A DNA stretch of 64,000 nt. Source: Candidatus Enterousia sp. GTDB lineage: Bacteria; Pseudomonadota; Alphaproteobacteria; Rs-D84. How positions within the stretch are numbered: position 1 is the stretch's first letter; each line of letters begins with the position of its first letter. The stretch lies in NCBI GenBank assembly GCA_045649345.1, contig JAZRPS010000018.1, forward strand, positions 2,280 through 66,279. The letters run 5' to 3'. The notes beneath the pieces are model-generated. The model searched no databases and was not told the DNA's origin. It saw only the letters and a program-made list of their open reading frames with translations. A program made the translations under genes and the position numbers. Below are positions 39,148-48,070 of the stretch, piece after piece.

Positions 39148-40428
39148 ATGAGATTGACACCACGCAGTTTTCTATGGCGCACGATATTAATGATATTAGT
39201 CCCACTGGTCGTTGCGCTGGTTATTATTGCCAATGTATTTTTTGGCAACCATTGGTCACGTGTACACGACACATTGGCACGTACATTGGCGGGTGAAATC
39301 ACAACCATGATGAATTTTATGGACGCCGGCAACCCAGAATCTGCCCAACAAATGGCACGGGACATTGGCATCAACGTCACAATAAATGAACATCTTAATC
39401 GCCCTAAAAAGAACGATAACGACTCGCACGAGGCAGGCAAACTGGCGTCCGAACTATCTAAACGCCTGAAACGCCCTGCAAAATTGTACATTGATAAAGG
39501 CAAACGTCTTGTTTTTATTGACGTTCCAACCAAAGACAACAAAACCGCAACATTCGGCACATCATTATATCGTATCTATTCAACCAGTACCGAAGTGTTT
39601 ATCATCTGGTTATTGGGTTCGATCTTAATCGTATCAATATTGATATCGCCATTTATTATCATGCACACACGCAGCATACGCCGCATTGCCAAGGCTGCCA
39701 ACCGTTTTGGTCGTGGTCTGGATGCGCCTGGGTTTGAACCAACCGGTTCCAAGGAAATCCGCGACGCTGCAAAATCAATGATAACAATGAAAGAACGTCT
39801 GGACAGATATAATCGCACACGTACAGACATGCTAAACGCGGTCAGTCATGACTTAAAGGCACCCCTGACACGTATGCGTCTGGCAATTGAAACAGAAACC
39901 GCAACAAATGATGAATTAATCCGCGACATTGACAGAATGACAGAAATGGTAAACGGGTATCTGGCGTTTGCACGTGGCGAAACCCCAGAAATAGAACAAG
40001 CAACTGAATTACCACCAATGTTGACACGCATTGCCCGTGATGCGGCCGGCAACAAAAAAATCATCACAGATTTCCCAGAAACACCGGCCCAATTCTATGC
40101 CCGTCCTATGGCGCTGGCGCGCGCATTCAGCAACATAATTGAAAATGCGGCCCGATATGCAAATAAAAACATCCGCATCATTGAACACGACGGCCCAGAA
40201 TCCGTTGAAATTATAATCGAAGATGACGGTCCTGGCATTCCAGACGAACGCAAGAAAGATGCACTGCGTCCATTCGTACGCCTGGACGACGCACGACGTG
40301 CCGACACTGGCGGCACAGGATTGGGATTATCAATCGCCCAAACCGCCATTGAAAACCACGGCGGTCAAATGTTCCTGGAAGACAGCGAACTGGGCGGATT
40401 AAAAGTTAGAATTGTTTTACCGATATAA
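39148..40428 (+). CDS. sensor histidine kinase (EnvZ-like)
   Basis: Two TM segments. H-box SHDLKAPLTRM. N, G1 and G2 boxes (NAARYA, DDGPGIP, GGTGLGLSI). Confidence 0.9.
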   Translation: MRLTPRSFLWRTILMILVPLVVALVIIANVFFGNHWSRVHDTLARTLAGEITTMMNFMDAGNPESAQQMARDIGINVTINEHLNRPKKNDNDSHEAGKLASELSKRLKRPAKLYIDKGKRLVFIDVPTKDNKTATFGTSLYRIYSTSTEVFIIWLLGSILIVSILISPFIIMHTRSIRRIAKAANRFGRGLDAPGFEPTGSKEIRDAAKSMITMKERLDRYNRTRTDMLNAVSHDLKAPLTRMRLAIETETATNDELIRDIDRMTEMVNGYLAFARGETPEIEQATELPPMLTRIARDAAGNKKIITDFPETPAQFYARPMALARAFSNIIENAARYANKNIRIIEHDGPESVEIIIEDDGPGIPDERKKDALRPFVRLDDARRADTGGTGLGLSIAQTAIENHGGQMFLEDSELGGLKVRIVLPI

Positions 40429-40455
40429 TTACAAGCATACAAAGAGTATATAAAA

Positions 40456-42117
40456 ATGAACCTATATAAACACGTATCAAACGCGATAAATGAAAAACTG
40501 GGAACAGCGGTTAATTTAGAGGTTCCACGCAATCGCGATTTTGGCGACTTTTCAACAAACGCCGCCATGGTAATGGCAAAATCCGCCGAAAAAAATCCAC
40601 GCGAATTGGCGGCCGAAATTGCACCCAAACTGGCAGAGCTGGACTTTGTTGCCGAAACATCCGTTGCAGGTCCTGGATTTATTAATATTAAATTAAAAGA
40701 TGATTTCTTGGTAATGCCAGAAAAATATAACGTCATGACACAAAAGTCAGAACCATTGGTTATCGACATGGACTATGGCAGCTATAATATTGGCAAGGCA
40801 TTGCATATTGGACATTTGCGTACAACAGTGGTGGGCGATACATTTAATCGCATCGCACGTGCATTGGGTCACAAAACGAAATCATATAATCATATGGGCG
40901 ACTGGGGACGCCCGATGGGATTGATTATTGCATGGATTTTGGAATACGGCATGCCGAAAAATGCAGACGATATAAACATTATGTATCCTGCATCATCTGC
41001 ACGCGCCAAAGAAGATAAAGCATGGTTGGAACATGCACAAAAGGTAACGGTTGATTTACAAAATGGTAATCCGGAATATTTAAAGATATACAATGAATTC
41101 GCACCGATGTCATTGGCACAGATTTCAGATATTTTGGTACGCTTAAACATCTTACCATTTGATGAAAACAAAGGCGAACGCTTGGTTGCAGAATACGTAC
41201 CAGCAGTTCAAAAGATTTTAGAAGAAAAACAATTGTTGGTTAACGATGATGGTGCCGTAATTATCCCTGTAAGACAGGAAACAGATACTGCACCAATGCC
41301 ACCGGTTTTATGGCGTTCCAGCACAGGTGCACAAACCTATGCAGCGGCTGATTTGGCGGCGATTTATTATCGTACAACAACTGACAAACCAACTGATATT
41401 GTTTATTTCACGGACAGTCGTCAGAATTTGCATTTTACCCAAGTATTCCGTGCGGCAAAGATGGCTGGCATGGATTCTGCGAACCTGCAGCATATTGGTT
41501 TTGGAACAATAACTGGGGCCGACGGTAAACCGTTTAAAACACGCGATGGTGATGTACCAAGTCTGCATCAAATGGTTGATATGGTTGCGGATTCTGTACG
41601 AGCACGCGCGACCGAATCTGGCAAAGAATTACCCGATGAAACAATTGAAATGATTGCATTGGCAGCATTAAAGTTTAACGATTTAATGCACGATGTTAAA
41701 TCAGATTATGTTTTTGATGTGGATTCTGTGACACAATTCGAAGGACGGACGGGGCCATATATCTTGTACACAGCAGTACGATTAAATGCTGTTGTAAAAA
41801 AAGCAAAAGATATGGGTGTTTTAGCCAACGCAGATATTAAAACATTACGACCCGAAGAACGTAATTTATTGCTACTTGTAATGGATTTTGAACGTGTTTT
41901 AGAAAATGCGTTTGCACGTCGTGCGACAGACCTGTTGGCCAACTATGCCTATGATTTGTGTCAGTTAATAAATACATTCTATCACAACTGTCCAATTCTG
42001 CGCGATGATGTTGCACCAGAAGTTCGGGCAGGGCGCTTACATATTGTAAACGTTGCGCGCGACACATTGGCAAAAACGATTGATTTAATGGGGCTAAAAA
42101 TCCCAAATGAAATGTAA
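40456..42117 (+). CDS. argS: arginine--tRNA ligase
   Basis: HIGH-type motif ALHIGHLR. 553 aa. The C-terminal DALR-like anticodon-binding region ends in ..IPNEM. Confidence 0.92.
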   Translation: MNLYKHVSNAINEKLGTAVNLEVPRNRDFGDFSTNAAMVMAKSAEKNPRELAAEIAPKLAELDFVAETSVAGPGFINIKLKDDFLVMPEKYNVMTQKSEPLVIDMDYGSYNIGKALHIGHLRTTVVGDTFNRIARALGHKTKSYNHMGDWGRPMGLIIAWILEYGMPKNADDINIMYPASSARAKEDKAWLEHAQKVTVDLQNGNPEYLKIYNEFAPMSLAQISDILVRLNILPFDENKGERLVAEYVPAVQKILEEKQLLVNDDGAVIIPVRQETDTAPMPPVLWRSSTGAQTYAAADLAAIYYRTTTDKPTDIVYFTDSRQNLHFTQVFRAAKMAGMDSANLQHIGFGTITGADGKPFKTRDGDVPSLHQMVDMVADSVRARATESGKELPDETIEMIALAALKFNDLMHDVKSDYVFDVDSVTQFEGRTGPYILYTAVRLNAVVKKAKDMGVLANADIKTLRPEERNLLLLVMDFERVLENAFARRATDLLANYAYDLCQLINTFYHNCPILRDDVAPEVRAGRLHIVNVARDTLAKTIDLMGLKIPNEM

Positions 42118-42121
42118 AGCA

Positions 42122-42150
42122 ACAAAAATGCCCCAATCGGGGCATTTTTT
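42122..42150. terminator. bidirectional terminator between argS and the 261-aa gene
   Basis: aaaaatgcccc-aatc-ggggcattttt. Confidence 0.8.
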
Positions 42151-42934
42151 ACATTTCGCGTTGCATATCATTTATGGTCACCATTCTCGGTCTGCCATCC
42201 TTGTCCCATATACGTATTCTTCGAACGCGATTTTGCCCGTCTCTAAATCCCTGGACAATGGTATCACGCCCTTGCTCTGGCAATTTTTCCTTATCGAACA
42301 TATATTTTTGGCCTTGAAACATAAAACCAATGCAATTCCCGTCCTTGTCCCAATACTGCACAATATCTGCATAACTGCTTTTCGCTTCGCCCCGCCCATT
42401 GGGTATTGGCTTGGTCACCATGGTATGACATCTGTATGCACAGGAATATGCAATACCATTAAAAGGCGGATTATGCTCTATTACGTCCTCTTTTGAATAA
42501 TTTTTTCTAAATGTTTCCAGTTTTCGTTTCGGCAAAAATCCTGTTAAGTAAGACACGACTCTTTCTGCCCATGAATCATTCACCGTCATCTGTCCCCCTA
42601 ATTCCCGGTCGCGCTCTGGCAAATTTTCCTTATCGAACATATATTGTTGACCTTTATAACCAAAGCCTATTGGATTACCATCTTTATCCCAATAACGTTC
42701 AAAATCAAAAAAACCACCGCGCCCTTCTGACATTGAAAGATGCATAAAATCTTTGCCTATATACGCAATGCCGTCTTGTGGCGGATTAATTTCTATAACC
42801 TCAAGTTTTCGAGGTACAATTTTTTCTTTTATTCCTTTTCTAAACTCTTCCAGATTTTCTTTTGGGCTTTTATACATAAAATCCACAAAGATTTTATCTG
42901 CACCACTATTATCAATTATTCTAGTTGTCATCAT
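42149..42934 (-). CDS. hypothetical protein with internal ~115-aa duplication
   Basis: Two copies of IE.NPP.(D/N)GIAY ... YWDKDGN.IGF...GQ.YMFDKE.LPE. ATGA overlap with the J-domain gene. Confidence 0.75.
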   Translation of the reverse strand: MMTTRIIDNSGADKIFVDFMYKSPKENLEEFRKGIKEKIVPRKLEVIEINPPQDGIAYIGKDFMHLSMSEGRGGFFDFERYWDKDGNPIGFGYKGQQYMFDKENLPERDRELGGQMTVNDSWAERVVSYLTGFLPKRKLETFRKNYSKEDVIEHNPPFNGIAYSCAYRCHTMVTKPIPNGRGEAKSSYADIVQYWDKDGNCIGFMFQGQKYMFDKEKLPEQGRDTIVQGFRDGQNRVRRIRIWDKDGRPRMVTINDMQREM

Positions 42935-43626
42935 CTGCCCCCTTGTTTATTTGTCTGATTAAATCTTGCGCTGGCGTCCTGGTACTGTTTCAGGTACAAT
43001 TCTGCTGTTTTTGCCAGCATAACGGCGCGCGCCACCTGCATTTTTTCTTGCACCAGCAAACGTTGCAACGTTTGCACATAGCCTAACTTTTTATCTAAGT
43101 TATCTGCCTGCACCAGCTTAGATTCTGTGTCTTTGACCTTTTGACGCGTTGCAGCCAATTCGCCGTGAATAAAGTTTTCATGTTCGCGTTTTGCCCGTTG
43201 ATAGTTTTGCCAAAAAGTTTTCAAAATTGAATCTATGTTTACCCCGGCCGAACCCGTGCGCCCCGAACCACCACCGGTATTATTCCCAGGTCTTGAACCG
43301 CCAGATGTACCACCTGGGCGCGTACCGGTTCCTGCCCCTGGACGCGTACCCGTATTACCAGAACGACCACCGGTATTCTGTGAACCGCCTTGACCTGTAT
43401 TTGTACCAGACGAACCACCAGTATTTTGATTTCCACCCCTTTCTAAGTGCTTTACAAATACTTCATAGGCTTGATTTATCTTTATCATCATTTCCTTAGC
43501 TTTATTATCACCCGGATTTGTATCAGGATGATACTTTTTTACTAATTTTTTATAGGCTTTTTTTAACTGTGCCAGGGTTGCATTCAACGGAATTCCCAAA
43601 ATTTGCGCGGCTTCATTTATCGTCAT
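42931..43626 (-). CDS. stand-alone J-domain protein (J domain + Gly/Thr/Asn-rich linker + coiled coil)
   Basis: LKKAYKKLVKKYHPDTNPGD contains the HPD motif. It lacks the DnaJ zinc finger and C-terminal domains. Confidence 0.85.
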   Translation of the reverse strand: MTINEAAQILGIPLNATLAQLKKAYKKLVKKYHPDTNPGDNKAKEMMIKINQAYEVFVKHLERGGNQNTGGSSGTNTGQGGSQNTGGRSGNTGTRPGAGTGTRPGGTSGGSRPGNNTGGGSGRTGSAGVNIDSILKTFWQNYQRAKREHENFIHGELAATRQKVKDTESKLVQADNLDKKLGYVQTLQRLLVQEKMQVARAVMLAKTAELYLKQYQDASARFNQTNKQGGR

Positions 43627-43638
43627 AACAATCTCCTT

Positions 43639-44559
43639 TTAATCACGTTCTTTGGTTGGGGCAGGGGTCGCTAGCACCTTTTTATCTTTGACCTTTTCCT
43701 TAACGCGCTCACCCGCCCGGTCAAAAATATTTTGATATTCTTCATTGCCTTGCTGGACATTGGACACAGGCTTGCCATCTACATAGTCCACCGATGAAAT
43801 AACTTTGCCGTCTTGATAAACCATTTGATTCAAAATTCGTCCCACATCGTCATAAGAAGTCATAGTTTTTGGATTGTTATCTTTATCCTTGCGCAGGATT
43901 GACGCAACGCGCCCCGTGGGGTGATAATTAACCTCGTCAAATTCATGCAGTTGCACCGACAACAACAAATTTCCACTTTCATCCATTTGTTCAATTGACG
44001 ACACAAAAGATTCTGCCACATATGTTTCTTCCCGGTCTGTGCCACGCAAAGAATTTTCCAAGCTATCCGCATTACCGCGCCCTGTATTCCGTGTTCTTTG
44101 TTGATATGTGGTATGTGTCGCAATATGACCATTGTCATAGTAAGTTGTCTTGTCCGTCGTCATCCACTTGCCACTGCCTGGGCTTCGCAAACCAAATTTA
44201 TCCCGTATTCTTACCTTGTGCACAGACGACAACATACGCCCATTTTCACCATATTGAATTTCGTTCATTCCAATTATTGCAGAGTCAAAAAAACGTCCGT
44301 TCTCTTCATACTTTATGATACTGGAAATATATCCGTCCTTGAAATTCACAACATCATTGTCCTTCAAGATTTGCGAAACTGTTACACGTCCTTCTTTATC
44401 ATACTGGGTAATAACACGGTACCCACTATGTTCTTCCATGATAGTTATAATGTTTCCTTCTTTATCTTTTGTTACTGTTTTTCCAACTGTCCCATCAGCC
44501 ATTCTCTCTGCAATTCCAGCAATCGCTGCATTTATCGCGTCCAATCCTGCATCTGCCAT
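43639..44559 (-). CDS. YD/MORN-like beta-hairpin repeat protein
   Basis: About nine Y-[DE]-x-x-G-[RN] units (QYDKEGRV, KYEENGRF, QYGENGRM, SYDDVGRI and others). Confidence 0.75.
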   Translation of the reverse strand: MADAGLDAINAAIAGIAERMADGTVGKTVTKDKEGNIITIMEEHSGYRVITQYDKEGRVTVSQILKDNDVVNFKDGYISSIIKYEENGRFFDSAIIGMNEIQYGENGRMLSSVHKVRIRDKFGLRSPGSGKWMTTDKTTYYDNGHIATHTTYQQRTRNTGRGNADSLENSLRGTDREETYVAESFVSSIEQMDESGNLLLSVQLHEFDEVNYHPTGRVASILRKDKDNNPKTMTSYDDVGRILNQMVYQDGKVISSVDYVDGKPVSNVQQGNEEYQNIFDRAGERVKEKVKDKKVLATPAPTKERD

Positions 44560-44590
44560 TTTTTTTACCCCTTTTTCTCAAATTCTTAAC

Positions 44591-44698
44591 AAACCACCCT
44601 TTTTTTTAGGCGTAATATTTGTGTTTATTTTCCTTAAAAAAAGTGCTATAATCAAAGGGTGAGAGAGAACGGTAACTGCCTAAAAAAAAGGGTGGTTT
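44591..44698. repeat. 21-bp perfect inverted repeat (aaaccacccttttttttaggc / gcctaaaaaaaagggtggttt) enclosing 66 nt
   Basis: Arms at 44591..44611 and 44678..44698, read directly. The spacer contains gtgctataat (TGnTATAAT-like). Confidence 0.9.
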
Positions 44699-44754
44699 TA
44701 TTAGGCATAGTTTTTATTATTTATTGCGGTACAATAATACCATATCGATTTTTC

Positions 44755-44783
44755 TTGACATTTCTATGGCTTTCCGTCATAAT
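44755..44783 (+). promoter_or_regulatory. sigma-70 promoter TTGACA-N17-CATAAT for rplM-rpsI
   Basis: Read directly, about 40 nt upstream of the rplM ATG. Confidence 0.6.
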
Positions 44784-44823
44784 AGCGACGCTTTAATTAA
44801 TTAAAACAACAAGGAAAACAAAA

Positions 44824-45297
44824 ATGGCAGCGACAAAATCGTTAAAAAAATGCGAATTAGACGCCAAATGGTATCTGATTGACGCAACTGATTGCACGCT
44901 GGGACGTTTGGCGGCATACACTGCAAACATCTTGCGTGGCAAGCATAAGCCAACATGGACACCAAACATGGATTGCGGTGACCACGTTATCATCATCAAC
45001 GCGGACAAGGTTGCATTGTCTGGTCACAAGGCTGATAAAGATCGTTTCTTCTGGCATTCATTGTGGACAGGTTCTTTGAAATCACGCACATTGGGTCAGA
45101 TGCGTTCTGAAAAACCAGAAAAATTGGTTTTCAACGCTGTAAAGCGCATGATGGGTCGTCGCACCGCGGTTGCATTGGCAAACCAACGTTTGACCAAATT
45201 GCACGTTTATGCAGGTGCAGAACACAAACACGAAGCACAGAAACCAGTTGTTATTGATTTCGGTGGCTTGAACCGTAAGAACAAAAGGGGCGAATAA
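44824..45297 (+). CDS. rplM: 50S ribosomal protein L13
   Basis: KWYLIDA..LGRLA...LRGKHKP motif. Confidence 0.96.
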   Translation: MAATKSLKKCELDAKWYLIDATDCTLGRLAAYTANILRGKHKPTWTPNMDCGDHVIIINADKVALSGHKADKDRFFWHSLWTGSLKSRTLGQMRSEKPEKLVFNAVKRMMGRRTAVALANQRLTKLHVYAGAEHKHEAQKPVVIDFGGLNRKNKRGE

Positions 45298-45782
45298 TGG
45301 CAGAAGCAAAGAAAACAGCAACAAAGACAGTTAAAAAAGCTGCCCCTGCAAAAAAAGCAACTGCGAAAAAAGCACCAGTTGCTGCACCAAAGTTGACAGA
45401 CGCAACATACGCAACAGGTAAACGTAAAGATTCCGTTGCACGCGTATACTTGGTTCCAGGCAAGGGCAACATCACAGTTAACGGTAAACCATCCAACGAA
45501 TACTTCCGTCGCGCAGTATTACAGATGATTATCGCACAGCCATTCGGTGTCACAAAACGCGAAACCGCATATGACATCGTTGCAATGGTCGAAGGTGGCG
45601 GTTTATCTGGTCAGGCAGGTGCCGTCAAACACGGTATTTCCAAAGCGTTGGAAAAAATCGAACCAGAATTACGCGCTGTATTGAAGTCTGCTGGCTTCTT
45701 GACACGCGACAGCCGTGTTGTTGAACGTAAACACTATGGTTATCGCAAGGCACGTCGTTCTACACAGTTCAGCAAACGTTAA
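45297..45782 (+). CDS. rpsI: 30S ribosomal protein S9 with Lys/Ala-rich N-terminal extension
   Basis: C-terminus ..[22 protein letters not shown] core. About 30 extra residues ([24 protein letters not shown]). Confidence 0.95.
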   Translation: MAEAKKTATKTVKKAAPAKKATAKKAPVAAPKLTDATYATGKRKDSVARVYLVPGKGNITVNGKPSNEYFRRAVLQMIIAQPFGVTKRETAYDIVAMVEGGGLSGQAGAVKHGISKALEKIEPELRAVLKSAGFLTRDSRVVERKHYGYRKARRSTQFSKR

Positions 45783-45793
45783 GTTTGCAGAAC

Positions 45794-45822
45794 AAAAAAT
45801 CCCGCCCCGGCGGGATTTTTTA
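45794..45822 (+). terminator. terminator after rpsI
   Basis: aaaaaatcccg-ccccgg-cgggatttttt. Confidence 0.75.
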
Positions 45823-45887
45823 TTATTGCGCTTTGCAAAAAAACTTTGTATAGTCAGACGGCAAATTGTATACAAAGGGAATTTAAT

Positions 45888-47195
45888 ATGTTCAAAAAAG
45901 AAAAAATCAAAGATTTACACTATTCCGTTAACGGCGTAATTCCGGCGGATAAATTACAGGCTGCTGCCGACGAAATCTTGCTGGAATACGGCAAAAAGGT
46001 TAAAATGCCCGGCTTTCGCACAGGTAAGGTTCCATTAAACATCCTGCGTCAAAAATACAATGCATCCGCATACGGCGAAGCCATTGATAAATTAATGAAC
46101 GATGATTTAAATAATTATATCGCCGAAAAGAAAATCCGCCTTGCTGGCGCACCAAAGGCAGACCTGGCAGGTTGGGAAATTGGCAAAGACGCAGAATATA
46201 GCATGGAATTTGATATTTTGCCAACACTGCCTGCAATCGACCTGGAAAAATTCACAATAACCAAAAAAGTGGCAGAACTGGACGAAAAAGAAGTTGAAAC
46301 AGCATTGGAAAACATCCGCAAATCGCGCAGTGTCGCAGAAAAACAGGACGAAAAGTACAAGGCTGCAAATGGCGACGTCGCAGTAATTGACTTCAAAGGC
46401 TTTGTCGGTGACGACGCTTTCGAAGGTGGCGAAGCAAAAAAACACCATCTGATTTTGGGTTCTGGCGCATTTATCCCAGGCTTTGAAGATCAAATTATCG
46501 GTCATAAAATCGGTGATAAATTTGACGTTAACGTTAAATTCCCAACCGAATATCACGCAGCAAACCTGGCAGGCAAAGATGCACGTTTCGCGGTTGAAAT
46601 TCACGAAATTCGCAAACATATCTTGCCAGAATTAAACGACGAATTGGCAAAACAAGTTGGTCAAGAATCTGTTGACGCATTAAAACAACACATTCGCAAT
46701 ATCTTGATCGAACAATACAACGATGCTGCACAACGTGAAATGCGCAATGAATTGTTGGATATCTTGGGCGACAAGGTAAAACTAGAACTGCCAGAAACAC
46801 TGGTCGAACAAGAATACAACATGGCAAAAAGTGAATTTGACCGCAATCATTCACACTGCCATGACGAAAAATGCGACCACAAATGGGACGAAAAATCCGA
46901 ACGTAAAGATGCCGAACGTCGCGTAAAATTGGGCTTAATCTTGGCAGAGTGGGGTACCCAGAACAAAGTAGAAGTATCACGCGATGACCTGCAACAAGCC
47001 ATCTGGGCCGAAGCTGCACGCTATCCAGACCCAAAACAAGTTTTTGAATTCTATAACAAGAATCAGAACGCCGTGGCAATGTTGCGTGGCATGCTGTTTG
47101 AACGCAAAGCGTTGGACGCAATGCTGACACACGTCAAGACCAAAGAAAAAAAGGTCAAAGCCGACGATTTGTTCAAACAAGCATCTGTACGATAA
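45888..47195 (+). CDS. tig: trigger factor
   Basis: MPGFRTGKVPLNILRQKY, and the FKBP-type segment GFVGDDAFEGGEA...FIPGFEDQIIGHK. ATG at 45888 follows aaggga. Confidence 0.92.
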   Translation: MFKKEKIKDLHYSVNGVIPADKLQAAADEILLEYGKKVKMPGFRTGKVPLNILRQKYNASAYGEAIDKLMNDDLNNYIAEKKIRLAGAPKADLAGWEIGKDAEYSMEFDILPTLPAIDLEKFTITKKVAELDEKEVETALENIRKSRSVAEKQDEKYKAANGDVAVIDFKGFVGDDAFEGGEAKKHHLILGSGAFIPGFEDQIIGHKIGDKFDVNVKFPTEYHAANLAGKDARFAVEIHEIRKHILPELNDELAKQVGQESVDALKQHIRNILIEQYNDAAQREMRNELLDILGDKVKLELPETLVEQEYNMAKSEFDRNHSHCHDEKCDHKWDEKSERKDAERRVKLGLILAEWGTQNKVEVSRDDLQQAIWAEAARYPDPKQVFEFYNKNQNAVAMLRGMLFERKALDAMLTHVKTKEKKVKADDLFKQASVR

Positions 47196-47201
47196 ATGCA
47201 T

Positions 47202-47226
47202 AGCGCGCCATTGGCGCGCTTTTTTA
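47202..47226 (+). terminator. terminator after tig
   Basis: agcgcgcc-att-ggcgcgct followed by ttttt. Confidence 0.75.
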
Positions 47227-47251
47227 TCACAAGAAAAAAAAGGAATTACAT

Positions 47252-48058
47252 ATGACTACACAAAAATACAATCCAAAATACTGGCTATATGAACTAATCA
47301 AAAACCTGGCCCCGGAAACCCAGAGTTGTATTATCAAACATGGCGCACATCAACACAATTTAGACCGCAAAACCACCGCGTCCAATCAGCAACTAACACA
47401 AACCGAAGTTCATGATATATTGGCATATCTGATACACATATACACAAAATATTATTTACCAGAACAACGAAAATCACCACACTGGCAAGACATAATTGAC
47501 GAACAAAAATACAAACAAATTCCACGCAGATACCATGGCATATATCGACCGCTGGGCGTTGGGAAATACTGCATCAAGAAATCATTCTATAATGTATGCA
47601 AAACAAATTGGTACCATACCCCAAATGCCAGCGTACTGGCAAACCCAGGTACAGACAAAAACAAATTAAAAAAATTGATAACACAACTACATCCATATAC
47701 CAGTGTCTTTTATGAATACGATTTCGAAAAAATACGCGAAATTCTGGTTCAATTAATTGATATGACACATGTACTGCATGTTCCAACCCCACAAACAGAA
47801 TATGGCGCATTTGGCTGTATAACAGTTATACCAAAAGACCCTACATATCATGAATATATCACGGAACAAGCAACACGAAACAGCAAACTACGCGCATTAA
47901 AAGAACTACAAGGCATACGCGACTCAAACAAACACTTAATTAGCCTTGAAGACGAACGACACAAACACAACAAAAAAATGCTGGCCAACGAATTTGAAAA
48001 TAGAAAATCTAAATTTTTCAAAAAGGCACGCTCTCCTTTCTCAATAAAAACCCGTTAA
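47252..48058 (+). CDS. hypothetical protein (268 aa, basic, no signal peptide)
   Basis: Long ORF with an aaggaattacat RBS. It ends 12 nt before thyA. No recognisable domain. Confidence 0.7.
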   Translation: MTTQKYNPKYWLYELIKNLAPETQSCIIKHGAHQHNLDRKTTASNQQLTQTEVHDILAYLIHIYTKYYLPEQRKSPHWQDIIDEQKYKQIPRRYHGIYRPLGVGKYCIKKSFYNVCKTNWYHTPNASVLANPGTDKNKLKKLITQLHPYTSVFYEYDFEKIREILVQLIDMTHVLHVPTPQTEYGAFGCITVIPKDPTYHEYITEQATRNSKLRALKELQGIRDSNKHLISLEDERHKHNKKMLANEFENRKSKFFKKARSPFSIKTR

Positions 48059-48070
48059 AAAAGATATAAA

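Noticed and set aside
40365-40769. 134-aa minus-strand ORF bridging the kinase 3' end and the argS 5' end
   Set aside because: It overlaps two well-supported plus-strand genes and their intergenic RBS, with no independent support.
46107-47201. Minus-strand ORFs of 170 and 198 aa inside tig
   Set aside because: They are antisense to a clearly recognisable trigger factor gene and have Cys/Phe/Arg-rich nonsense composition.
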